From a virus, in the IMG/VR virus record IMGVR_UViG_3300023174_003623, positions 32,001-96,000 of that record: a DNA stretch of 64,000 nt; one strand, written 5' to 3'. Positions within the stretch are counted from its first letter, which is position 1, and each line of letters starts with the position of its first letter. Shown piece by piece: positions 1 through 8,204 of the stretch. The notes under the pieces were generated by a model. The model saw only the letters and a program-made list of their open reading frames with translations, searched no databases and had not been told where the DNA came from. The position numbers and the translations under genes were made by a program.

Positions 1-197
1 AAATAGATAAACTTGGAAAAGATTTTTTTAAACGATCTATTTTACGTTTATGTAAAACTCGTGGGGAATGTAATTATTGGGAAGCTAAATTACAATTCCA
101 ACAAGATGTTTTGTGTGCAAGGCTTGACAACGGTGAAGAAGCATACTATAATGACAACATATTGATGAAGTTTACAAGAAAGAATATAGGAAAATAG
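1..197 (+). CDS. 3' end of a GIY-YIG-like nuclease conserved in T4-like phages (partial)
   Basis: Frame 3 reads IDKLGKDFFKRSILRLCKTRGECNYWEAKLQFQQDVL...YYNDNI..K, stop TAG 195-197; F.R.IL..C...E......YYN pattern of the GIY-YIG core C-terminal half. Confidence 0.6.
   Translation, partial: IDKLGKDFFKRSILRLCKTRGECNYWEAKLQFQQDVLCARLDNGEEAYYNDNILMKFTRKNIGK
124..152 (+). promoter_or_regulatory. Consensus sigma70 promoter upstream of the tRNA cluster
   Basis: TTGACA (124-129), 17 nt, TATAAT (147-152); 50 nt before tRNA-Arg. Confidence 0.8.
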
Positions 198-201
198 AAT
201 T

Positions 202-275
202 CTGCGCGTAGCTCAGCTGGATAGAGCATTCGGCTTCTACCCGAATGGTCGGGGGTTCGAATCCCTCCGCGCAGG
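202..275 (+). tRNA. tRNA-Arg (TCT)
   Basis: Acceptor CTGCGCG/CGCGCAG, anticodon arm TTCGG-ctTCTac-CCGAA, T-loop TTCGAAT; followed by CAA rather than CCA. Confidence 0.93.
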
Positions 276-324
276 CAATTAATAATAATATTCCTGATTG
301 ATAGCAAAAAGCAAGAAAATAAAT

Positions 325-409
325 GCGAATGTGGCGGAACGGTTTACGCACAAGACTTAAAATCTTGCGGGATTATCCCATATGGGTTCGAATCCCATCA
401 TTCGTACCA
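325..409 (+). tRNA. tRNA-Leu (TAA)
   Basis: Acceptor GCGAATG/CATTCGT, CAAGA-ctTAAaa-TCTTG, long variable arm, encoded CCA. Confidence 0.95.
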
Positions 410-417
410 AATACAAC

Positions 418-493
418 GCCCCCGTAGCTCAGCGGTTAGAGCAGACGGCTTATATCCGTCCGGTCGGTGGTTCAATTCCATCCGGGGGTACCA
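418..493 (+). tRNA. tRNA-Ile (TAT)
   Basis: Acceptor GCCCCCG/CGGGGGT, GACGG-ctTATat-CCGTC, discriminator A, CCA. Confidence 0.92.
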
Positions 494-503
494 AATAAAA
501 TAT

Positions 504-596
504 GGGTGAGTTGATGCTATGGTGTGTGCATCTCCAGACTGTAAATCTGGTCCCTCTGGGTAAACATTGTCAGTTCGACTCTGACCTCACCCACCA
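504..596 (+). tRNA. tRNA-Tyr (GTA)
   Basis: Acceptor GGGTGAG/CTCACCC, CCAGA-ctGTAaa-TCTGG, long variable arm, CCA; atypical D arm. Confidence 0.88.
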
Positions 597-604
597 TATA
601 AAAT

Positions 605-678
605 GCGGGATTGGTATAGGGGCTGTGCCTTAGCCTTCCAAGCTAAAGAGACCGGTTCAAATCCGGTATCCCGCTCCA
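605..678 (+). tRNA. tRNA-Gly (TCC)
   Basis: Acceptor GCGGGAT/ATCCCGC, TTAGC-ctTCCaa-GCTAA, discriminator T, CCA. Confidence 0.95.
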
Positions 679-682
679 TTTC

Positions 683-757
683 GGGATTGTGGTGAAATGG
701 TATCACAACGGACTTTTAATCCGTAAATTTTGGGTTCAAGTCCCAACGATCCCACCA
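683..757 (+). tRNA. tRNA-Lys (TTT)
   Basis: Acceptor GGGATTG/CGATCCC, ACGGA-ctTTTaa-TCCGT, CCA. Confidence 0.94.
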
Positions 758-759
758 AA

Positions 760-1098
760 TTATTTTTTTCTGTGTTTAGAATGTATTATGTCTATACGCA
801 GTGTATGTAAAAAGAAAAGTAAAGTTGTTCCGGCAATCCAAAAATTAAATAAAATTTCACCAAAAAATCCAAGATTTTGATAGGACAAAGGAAATTGTGG
901 TCCGTATATCCATCCTAATATCATTGAAATCATAATTAAAAATGAACTACATGCTATATACCACAAACAGGTGCTTAACCATGTTGGAATAACTCGACTG
1001 TGAACTGCTATATAAAGACCACCAATAAAGACAGTTAAATGGCAAATGAAGTTGATTGGTAATGATAATGAAGTTAATAACATTACTATATCAGTCAT
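760..1098 (-). CDS. Small membrane protein (about 3 TM segments), possible lysis accessory/holin-like
   Basis: 112 aa, three hydrophobic segments, basic C-terminus HSKHRKK; directly follows 1105-1443. Confidence 0.55.
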   Translation of the reverse strand: MTDIVMLLTSLSLPINFICHLTVFIGGLYIAVHSRVIPTWLSTCLWYIACSSFLIMISMILGWIYGPQFPLSYQNLGFFGEILFNFWIAGTTLLFFLHTLRIDIIHSKHRKK

Positions 1099-1104
1099 AT
1101 ATGA

Positions 1105-1443
1105 TTAATCCTTATTATTAGTGTGACGAATATCATTTACAACCGATACAATATCGTTGTTTTGATGTTTTTGTAAAAAGTTAGCAATCATACCAAGAAC
1201 ACTATATGATGCAAACCCCACACAAAATCCAGATACACCATAATTTTCTATTGATTGTGAAAGGCCAATAACTTCAAGTAAAGTAGTTGAGAATATAATT
1301 GCGGTACCAACTGAAACACCACCGCGAATAAATGCTTCACCTATAGTTTTTGGTCGAATGAATGTTAGAATAGCAGCACCACCAAAAAAGCCACCAATCA
1401 TTGATGCAAATTTAACTGATATGTAAGTGGTAGGTTCTGCCAT
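1105..1443 (-). CDS. Putative holin-like membrane protein
   Basis: 112 aa, three Gly-rich hydrophobic helices, hydrophilic tail, GAGG RBS, minus-strand late promoter upstream. Confidence 0.55.
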   Translation of the reverse strand: MAEPTTYISVKFASMIGGFFGGAAILTFIRPKTIGEAFIRGGVSVGTAIIFSTTLLEVIGLSQSIENYGVSGFCVGFASYSVLGMIANFLQKHQNNDIVSVVNDIRHTNNKD

Positions 1444-1499
1444 GTATTAAACCTCTAGTTGAATAAAAAGCATAGCAAAACAAATCAAGTATTTGATGT

Positions 1500-1507
1500 T
1501 ATTTATA
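1500..1507 (-). promoter_or_regulatory. T4-type late promoter
   Basis: TATTTATA on plus strand = TATAAATA on minus, upstream of the membrane gene pair. Confidence 0.7.
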
Positions 1508-1541
1508 AATCTTAATAATTTTAATTAATGAGAATCATAAA

Positions 1542-2039
1542 ATGAAAGTTTACATCGGACCATATAAGAAAAATTCTGATGAACGTAAGATTAATGTTCG
1601 TATTGATAAGTACGATACATGGAATATGAACTCTACTCTTGCATATATTGTTCTTCCTATGCTTAAGCAGTTGAAGGCAACTACACATGGGTCTCCCGGA
1701 GATATGATTGAATTTGAACAAACTTCAAATTCAGCGCAATACTCCTTTCATTTCTATGAAGAAGGTGATAAACTTGCTTGGGAAAAAGGACATGAACACT
1801 GGCACCAAATTCTCGATAAAATGATTTGGTCATTCGAGCAGCTAAATACTGATTGGGAAGAACAGTTTCATTCTGGTGAACATGACTTTTATTTTGAAGA
1901 AGTCAATGATTATTGTATTATGCAATATGGGCCTAATGATACGCATAAATTTGATTCTGAAGGATACTTTAAATTTCAGAATCGTATGCAAGAAGGATTT
2001 GAATTGTTTGGGAAATATTATACAAATTTATGGGATTAA
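1542..2039 (+). CDS. Phage hypothetical protein
   Basis: 165 aa ORF; YDTW....TLA.I..PMLKQLK and EGFELFGKYY.NLWD motifs recur in T4-like phages. Confidence 0.75.
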   Translation: MKVYIGPYKKNSDERKINVRIDKYDTWNMNSTLAYIVLPMLKQLKATTHGSPGDMIEFEQTSNSAQYSFHFYEEGDKLAWEKGHEHWHQILDKMIWSFEQLNTDWEEQFHSGEHDFYFEEVNDYCIMQYGPNDTHKFDSEGYFKFQNRMQEGFELFGKYYTNLWD

Positions 2040-2041
2040 AC

Positions 2042-2224
2042 ATGAAAAAATTTATAATCAAAGATTCTCTTGGTGGTGTATTTGAAGAGGATGTGGAATT
2101 TGTTATTCCATCGCACTCTAACCTAGAACAGGTTTGTGAATCATTTACACTTTTTCTAAAAGCATGTGGTTATAATCTTGATAACCAATATGTTACAATA
2201 GATCATCATGATGACTTAAGATGA
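2042..2224 (+). CDS. Hypothetical protein
   Basis: About 60 aa (MKKFIIKD...F..FLKACGY), overlaps the next start (ATGA). Confidence 0.65.
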   Translation: MKKFIIKDSLGGVFEEDVEFVIPSHSNLEQVCESFTLFLKACGYNLDNQYVTIDHHDDLR

Positions 2225-2952
2225 AAACATATATATTTGATGTTGATGGTGTATTGGCTACACCTAATGAACCAATTGAATCAAATTTTATGCGTATGTT
2301 TGAGCATTGGATGCTTAAAAAAGACGTATACATTTGTACTAACAATACTTATCAAAACATTTTACCTAGACTTGGACGTAGAATTTTAGATAATTGTCAA
2401 GCAGTTTTTACTTGTGGTGGCAATTCTATATGGAGAGGAAATAAAGAACATGTACGAAGTGTTTGGCGTCCCTCATTTGAATTGACCTCTTTTCTTGAAT
2501 CTTTGCTGAAAACCTCAGAATTTAAAATGAGAGTTGGGCCAAATATTGAATATCGCACAGGAATGATTAACTTTTCTTTAGTTGGAAAAACTGCAACAGA
2601 AGATGAGATTAAACGTTATGTACAATGGGATAAGCACGCAAAAGAAAAGAAAGCTTTTATAGAAAGTATTAAATCTTTTTTTCCACAATTGAGTGTGACT
2701 CTTGGTAGCGATACTTCTATTGATATTTGTGAAAAATCTAATGACAAATCACAAATTTATCAATTTTTTAAAACTAAAACTGATGTTACTTCTGTTTTTC
2801 ATTCTACATATGGTACAAATAAAGAAATGCAAGAATGTATAAAAACCCTAACAGAAAATTATGTTTTAATTAATCAAATAGAAATTAAATCTATATTTAA
2901 TACTATTATTAGTAATAGTCCTGAAGATACAAAAAAATTATTGAGATTGTAA
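2221..2952 (+). CDS. HAD-superfamily phosphomannomutase-like protein
   Basis: YIFDVDGVL motif I; IEYRTGMINFSLVG cap motif; SIDI...DKSQI. Confidence 0.75.
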   Translation: MKTYIFDVDGVLATPNEPIESNFMRMFEHWMLKKDVYICTNNTYQNILPRLGRRILDNCQAVFTCGGNSIWRGNKEHVRSVWRPSFELTSFLESLLKTSEFKMRVGPNIEYRTGMINFSLVGKTATEDEIKRYVQWDKHAKEKKAFIESIKSFFPQLSVTLGSDTSIDICEKSNDKSQIYQFFKTKTDVTSVFHSTYGTNKEMQECIKTLTENYVLINQIEIKSIFNTIISNSPEDTKKLLRL

Positions 2953-2964
2953 ACTAAAAATATA

Positions 2965-2993
2965 TTGACTTTTATTTTTGTGTGTATTACAAT
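2965..2993 (+). promoter_or_regulatory. Sigma70-type early promoter
   Basis: TTGACT, 17 nt, TACAAT with AT-rich upstream region. Confidence 0.75.
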
Positions 2994-3046
2994 TGATAAA
3001 TGGGTGCTAGTGACCAACACTAGAATTATTGAACTGGAGATATAAT

Positions 3047-3235
3047 ATGAGTAAAACCGAAAAACTTCTTCGCGCACTTGAACGTGGTCAGCATCTTACT
3101 GCTCGTCAGATTACTGCTCGCTTCAAGCTTGTTAATCCTCGTGCCGCTGTTTCGAATATTCGCATTCGTCATGGCGTTAACGTTGAAATTAACAAGGGTA
3201 AGAACGGCTCTAAGTATAGTGTTGCTGTAGGTTAA
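3047..3235 (+). CDS. Small basic winged-helix-like DNA-binding protein
   Basis: GGAGA RBS then ATG 3047; 62 aa, LT..QI..RF...NPRA.VS.IR..G..V pattern. Confidence 0.7.
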   Translation: MSKTEKLLRALERGQHLTARQITARFKLVNPRAAVSNIRIRHGVNVEINKGKNGSKYSVAVG

Positions 3236-3261
3236 TTGCTAGACTTAGATTAGGTTCTAAT

Positions 3262-3292
3262 AAGAGGGTCTTTCGAGACCCTCTTTCATTTT
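3262..3292 (+). terminator. Rho-independent terminator with UUCG loop
   Basis: AAGAGGGTCT-TTCG-AGACCCTCTT followed by T-rich tract. Confidence 0.85.
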
Positions 3293-3307
3293 GTTAAAGA
3301 GGATATT

Positions 3308-4249
3308 ATGCCAATTGCAGTTGATGAACTTTCAAAAAATTCTATGGGTGGAACTGAACGAATGAAGTATGGTCTTCAAGATAGAATTTCCCCAGAAATC
3401 CTAGATAAGTTTCAAATTATTTGTTCTCGTGTAAGGGAAATTGATCCTAAACTTATTCCAATTTATTGGCTTCATGATCTACCAGAAGATCCCGAATCGG
3501 AACATCTAAAGTCAGGTGGGTGGAATAAATTTGAAAAAAATGTATTTGTATCTAATTGGCAAATGCAATCTTATATTAAACATTTTAATATGCCATGGCA
3601 TAAAAGCTTAGTCATTCAAAATGCTATTGAACCAATTCCACTTGTCAAAAAATCTGTTGACAAGATTAAGCTTATCTATCATACTACTCCACATCGAGGA
3701 TTAAATCTCTTAGTTCCAGTTTTTATTAAACTTGCAGAAAAGTATGATAATATTGAACTAGATGTGTTTTCTAGTTTTGAGATTTATGGTTGGAAGCAAC
3801 GTGATGAGCCATTTGAGGCTTTGTTTGATCTTTGTAGAAACCACCCTAAGATTAATTATCATGGGTTTCAACCAAATGATGTTGTACGCAAAGCCTTACA
3901 AGAATCGCACATTTTTGCATACCCTTCTATTTGGCTTGAAACATCTTGTATTGCTTTGATGGAAGCTATGAGTGCAGGATGCCTTTGTGTTCATCCGAAT
4001 TATGGTGCTCTGCCTGAAACATCCGCTGGTTTCAATTGGATGTATCAGTATCGTGAAGACCTTCGAGATCATATGGTTGTTTTCTATTCTATATTAGATA
4101 AAGCGATTGCTTCAGTCTTACATGAAGAAGTTCAAATTTCTCTTGAGACTACAAAAAGTTATATCGATACTTTTTATAATTGGAATAGACGAATTGAAGA
4201 ATGGGACAATTTTCTAAAATCTATCTTGAGAGAAAAGAAGCTACTCTAA
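3308..4249 (+). CDS. GT-B fold glycosyltransferase (GT4-like)
   Basis: GGTE N-terminal motif, YHTTPHRGL, YPSIWLETSCIALMEAMSAG (EX7E). Confidence 0.88.
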   Translation: MPIAVDELSKNSMGGTERMKYGLQDRISPEILDKFQIICSRVREIDPKLIPIYWLHDLPEDPESEHLKSGGWNKFEKNVFVSNWQMQSYIKHFNMPWHKSLVIQNAIEPIPLVKKSVDKIKLIYHTTPHRGLNLLVPVFIKLAEKYDNIELDVFSSFEIYGWKQRDEPFEALFDLCRNHPKINYHGFQPNDVVRKALQESHIFAYPSIWLETSCIALMEAMSAGCLCVHPNYGALPETSAGFNWMYQYREDLRDHMVVFYSILDKAIASVLHEEVQISLETTKSYIDTFYNWNRRIEEWDNFLKSILREKKLL

Positions 4250-5379
4250 TGCCTAGTGTTAACAAACTTGCTGATAAAATTTTTGCCGAAAAAATTCATG
4301 GTGCAGAACCAATTTATAAAAAGGTCATCTCTACTAAGAGCGATCCTATGATTGGTAAAATGCTGAATTGGTACAACTTTATGGCTGAAGATAAAGATAA
4401 GGATATTTGGCTTACTGATTATATGAAGAATACTGGATACAGTACATCAGATGTATCTAGTATTATCAACCTACAGGGATTAGGGGCAGTGAGTAAAAAC
4501 TCTGCTTCTATTCTTGCAAGGATTGAGTCAAATGGAACTATTTTTTCTGGTGAGTTGGAAGGTATTGTTAAAGACAAGATTGAACATGCTTTAACTTTTA
4601 AGCAGAAAGTAACAGAACAGGAAACTGTTATTTCAAAAGTTGTTTCCATTCAAGATCGAGTTAAAGCTGTGGCTGAACAACATGTTGTGTTTGTAGATGA
4701 TCAAATTTCTTCTTGGTTTCAAAATCGTCAAAAGAAAATTGACTTTTCTTTATATGATTATCTTCAGAAAAACCAACTTAATAGTCAAATTTGCAATCAT
4801 ATCAAATCTTGTATCAGTTCTCGATACGAAGAACATGCTGAGATGGTTGCGGGTAATGATGAGCAGTTGAACGAGGCTTATGCATATCTTTCACTTTCTT
4901 CAAAGAAAGAAATTTTAAAGCAATTGAAATTATGCTTATCTGACATTGAGCGTTATGTTGGTAACGTAAAGGCTGCTAAACCTAAACAAACTAGAAAAAA
5001 GAAGCCGATCTCAATTGCGAAACAGATAAATAATCTTAAATATCAAAGAGAATTTACTAAGTTTAAGATTAAGTCAATTTCTCCTGAGAGTATTATTGGT
5101 GCTCAACAACTTTGGGTTTTTAATACTAAGTACAATCATTTATCGATGTTAAATACTGATAATCCAAAGGGGTTCTCAGTAAAGGGTACTACGATTTTAA
5201 ATATCGATACTCAAACTAGCATTAAGAAAACTGTGCGAAAACCAGAAGAAACTATTCAAAAAGTTTTAAATGGAGGAAAAGTAGTACTAAAGAAACTAAT
5301 GTCTGAACTTAAAACAAAATCGATTGATGTTAATGGTAGAGTTAGCGATGATTGTATATTATTAAAAGCAATAAAATAA
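4249..5379 (+). CDS. Conserved T4-like phage hypothetical protein
   Basis: ATG overlaps previous TAA; C-terminal LWVFNTKY..KGTTI..RKPEE..NGR motif familiar from this locus upstream of rnh. Confidence 0.75.
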   Translation: MPSVNKLADKIFAEKIHGAEPIYKKVISTKSDPMIGKMLNWYNFMAEDKDKDIWLTDYMKNTGYSTSDVSSIINLQGLGAVSKNSASILARIESNGTIFSGELEGIVKDKIEHALTFKQKVTEQETVISKVVSIQDRVKAVAEQHVVFVDDQISSWFQNRQKKIDFSLYDYLQKNQLNSQICNHIKSCISSRYEEHAEMVAGNDEQLNEAYAYLSLSSKKEILKQLKLCLSDIERYVGNVKAAKPKQTRKKKPISIAKQINNLKYQREFTKFKIKSISPESIIGAQQLWVFNTKYNHLSMLNTDNPKGFSVKGTTILNIDTQTSIKKTVRKPEETIQKVLNGGKVVLKKLMSELKTKSIDVNGRVSDDCILLKAIK

Positions 5380-5388
5380 GGGGTCTTT

Positions 5389-5742
5389 ATGCTAGATAGT
5401 GCCTTTGAAAAACTAGCTGATAATGTCATCGTTTTCCCTAACAAAAAATGTCAAGGTCCAGCTTCATCAGTAGAAGAACTGAAAAAAAATATTATAGCAA
5501 CAAAAACAGAAGTGATAGAGTGTTTTGTTGAAGAACTTACAAAAGAGATTTTTCGTATAACTTCAGATCATGGTTATCACATAGAATATACTAAAGATAT
5601 AGCATTTATTCTTCTTTCTTTAAAAGCTATAATGTTAAGGTATGAAAACATTTATCATCCAATCCAAGATTTTATAGATCAATCTGTAAATACTGAAGAT
5701 GAGGATTCACTTAATATGGATTTAGATCCTGTAGACGAGTAA
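5389..5742 (+). CDS. Hypothetical protein
   Basis: 117 aa, NVIVFP and HPIQ motifs, RBS AAGGGG. Confidence 0.7.
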   Translation: MLDSAFEKLADNVIVFPNKKCQGPASSVEELKKNIIATKTEVIECFVEELTKEIFRITSDHGYHIEYTKDIAFILLSLKAIMLRYENIYHPIQDFIDQSVNTEDEDSLNMDLDPVDE

Positions 5743-5752
5743 GGTATTTAAA

Positions 5753-6631
5753 ATGATTATTCTTGATTTGAATCAAGTTATGATTGCGAATATTATGTCT
5801 TTGTATGGTAAGCATATTGGAAAGACTCCAATTGAATTAGATCTTTTTAGATCTATTGTTCTGAACACTATTCGTTCTTTGAATAAAAAATTCAAAGTAG
5901 ATTATGGACAATTAGTTATTGCCTCCGATGGCAAACGCAGTTGGCGTAAAGATATATTTCCTCATTATAAAGCCAACCGAAAAAAGAATCGTGAAGAATC
6001 TGAAATTGATTGGTCTTTAATTTTTAATTGCCTTAATACCATTCGAGAAGAGCTTCGAGATAATTTTCCATATCCAGTAATACATCTTGATGGCGCAGAG
6101 GCTGATGATGTAATTGGAGTATTGGTACAAGAATACTCCAAGCGAGATGTTTCTGAAAAAGAAAATATTTTGATTCTTTCTGGTGATAAAGATTTTATTC
6201 AATTACATAGATATAATAGTGCTGTTGTAGTCAAACAATACGATCCTATAAATAAAAAGTATGTAACTTCAGACGATCCAGTAAAATTTATGAAGGAACA
6301 TATTATAAAGGGTGATGCAGGGGATGGTATTCCAAACTTTTTATCACCTGATAATAGTTTAGTCGATAATTTAAGACAGAAACCTATATTGTCAAAAAAT
6401 TTATCACAGTGGGTAATCTTTAATACCCCAGAAGAATTTTGTAATGAAGAACAATTAAGAAATTATAAACGTAATGAATGTCTTATTGATCTTAAGTTTA
6501 CACCTAAAGAAATTCGTGATAAAATAATGGCTCAATATGAAGAACAATGCTTAAAAACTAAATCATCTATTATGAATTATATGATAAAGCATCGACTTAA
6601 AGTTTTAATGGAGTCTATTAATGATTTTTAG
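5753..6631 (+). CDS. rnh: T4-like RNase H (5'-3' exonuclease/FEN family)
   Basis: MIILDLNQ, SWRK..FP.YKANR, AEADD, SGDKDFIQL, KGD.GDGIPN. Confidence 0.95.
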   Translation: MIILDLNQVMIANIMSLYGKHIGKTPIELDLFRSIVLNTIRSLNKKFKVDYGQLVIASDGKRSWRKDIFPHYKANRKKNREESEIDWSLIFNCLNTIREELRDNFPYPVIHLDGAEADDVIGVLVQEYSKRDVSEKENILILSGDKDFIQLHRYNSAVVVKQYDPINKKYVTSDDPVKFMKEHIIKGDAGDGIPNFLSPDNSLVDNLRQKPILSKNLSQWVIFNTPEEFCNEEQLRNYKRNECLIDLKFTPKEIRDKIMAQYEEQCLKTKSSIMNYMIKHRLKVLMESINDF

Positions 6632-6639
6632 GATTAAAT

Positions 6640-7077
6640 ATGTATAAATCAATTTATGAGTTTTTATCAGAAATTTCTGAACTTAAGACAACAAAAGAAA
6701 AAATCGAAGCTCTTGTAAATCATCCTCATTCAGAAGCTTTTAAAGTTTTGTTTGCCTATGCTTTTGATCCAAATATTAAATGGCTGCTCCCCGAAGGTAA
6801 TCCGCCCTACAAACCAACAGATATATTGGATGTTGAGGGGCGGCTTCTCCATGAAATACGCAGACTATATTTGTTTGTAGAAGGTGGCAATCCAAACTTA
6901 TCGAAGATTCGTAGAGAAACTTTGTTCATTCAATTATTAGAATCAATTCACCCTAAAGACGCTATTCTTTTATCTTCAATTAAAGATAAAAAGATTCCAT
7001 TTAAAGGATTGACTAAGAAAATTGTGCATCAAGCATTTCCTGATATTAATATAGAGGCAAGTAAAGAAGAAGTATGA
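6640..7077 (+). CDS. Conserved T4-like hypothetical protein downstream of rnh
   Basis: LPEGNPPYKP, RRETLFIQLLES.HP.DA motifs. Confidence 0.8.
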   Translation: MYKSIYEFLSEISELKTTKEKIEALVNHPHSEAFKVLFAYAFDPNIKWLLPEGNPPYKPTDILDVEGRLLHEIRRLYLFVEGGNPNLSKIRRETLFIQLLESIHPKDAILLSSIKDKKIPFKGLTKKIVHQAFPDINIEASKEEV

Positions 7078-7244
7078 GTAAGTCGTTTAGAGAAAAAAAA
7101 TCTCGTGAAAGAGATCTTTTTGAAATTGTGCAAAATCGTAAACAACAACCTAAAAGTTTTAGACGTAAGGAAAAGGTTGTTAATAATGCTCTAAGGACTA
7201 GGGATATTGAAACTCTAGTCAGATTTACCGAGGATGATGAATAA
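7074..7244 (+). CDS. Small basic hypothetical protein (not in ORF track)
   Basis: 56 aa MSKSFREKKSRERDLF...TEDDE; overlaps both neighbours (ATGA, TAATG). Confidence 0.65.
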   Translation: MSKSFREKKSRERDLFEIVQNRKQQPKSFRRKEKVVNNALRTRDIETLVRFTEDDE

Positions 7245-7480
7245 TGCCAACTTATACATTTTGTAATATTGAAACAAATGAAGTGTTTGACCAGTTCTTC
7301 ACTTCATTTTCTAAAAAAGATGAATTCCTTGAGCAGAACCCCCATCTACAACAAATGCTTCATCCAGTTGCATTCGGGGATGCGATTAGGATGGGCTTTA
7401 GGAAGCCAGACGATGCCTTTAGAGATAAGCTCAAAGATATTAAACGAAAGCATAGAGGAAGCACAATTAACACTTTCTAG
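7244..7480 (+). CDS. FmdB-like small regulatory protein
   Basis: MPTYTF..., FL..NPHL.Q, KPDD.FRD.L..IK..H; usual position before phoH. Confidence 0.7.
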   Translation: MPTYTFCNIETNEVFDQFFTSFSKKDEFLEQNPHLQQMLHPVAFGDAIRMGFRKPDDAFRDKLKDIKRKHRGSTINTF

Positions 7481-8204
7481 GAAAGAAACTAAAAAGAAAA
7501 AACGACAACAAGTGTTTAAAGATCAAGAGAATTCTATACAAAAACAAAAGTTTTCACTTAAAGAAATTGATCCTATAACCCAAAATCAAAAAATAGCCTT
7601 TCAACAATGGAACAAAGGCCAAAACCTGTTACTCCATGGACTTGCAGGAACAGGTAAATCATTTATATCTTTGTATCTTGCTCTCAGAGAAATTTATAAT
7701 TACAACTCTGTTTATAAGCATATACTTATAGTTAGAAGTGTAGTTCCAACAAGAGACATGGGATTCCTTCCCGGTTCTATTAAAGACAAAGCAAAAGTTT
7801 ATGAACTACCATATCAAGGTATATGTTCTGATCTTTTTGGTCGTGGTGATGCATATGATATACTTAAAACTAAACATATCGTAGATTTTACCACTACTTC
7901 TTTTATTCGAGGAAATACTTTTCATGATACTATAGTGATAGTTGATGAAGTCAACAATCTTACCTTTCATGAGCTTGATTCTGTAATTACTAGATTAGGA
8001 AATAATTGTAGAATAATCCTTTGTGGTGACTATAGACAATCTGATTTAATCTATAATAATGATAGATCTGGATTAATTACGTTTATGGGAGTTCTAGATA
8101 TGATTAAATGTTTTTCTCACATTGAATTTCAAATAGAGGATATTGTGAGATCTGGCCTAGTGAAGGAATATATAATTGCTAAAACAAAACTTAATATCTC
8201 GTAG
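7452..8204 (+). CDS. phoH: PhoH-like ATPase (start uncertain)
   Basis: GLAGTGKS Walker A, RDMGFLPG, FIRG.TF, IVDE, GD.RQSDL, IVRSGLVK. Confidence 0.9.
   Translation: MEEAQLTLSRKETKKKKRQQVFKDQENSIQKQKFSLKEIDPITQNQKIAFQQWNKGQNLLLHGLAGTGKSFISLYLALREIYNYNSVYKHILIVRSVVPTRDMGFLPGSIKDKAKVYELPYQGICSDLFGRGDAYDILKTKHIVDFTTTSFIRGNTFHDTIVIVDEVNNLTFHELDSVITRLGNNCRIILCGDYRQSDLIYNNDRSGLITFMGVLDMIKCFSHIEFQIEDIVRSGLVKEYIIAKTKLNIS

Noticed and set aside
689-880. 63-aa plus-strand ORF
   Set aside because: Overlaps tRNA-Lys and is antisense to the 760-1098 gene
6247-6254. TATAAATA inside rnh
   Set aside because: Could be an internal late promoter, but chance matches are expected in AT-rich coding DNA and nothing else supports it
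7269-7412. Long N-terminal extension of PhoH from TTG 7269
   Set aside because: Lies entirely inside the FmdB-like gene and does not look like PhoH sequence
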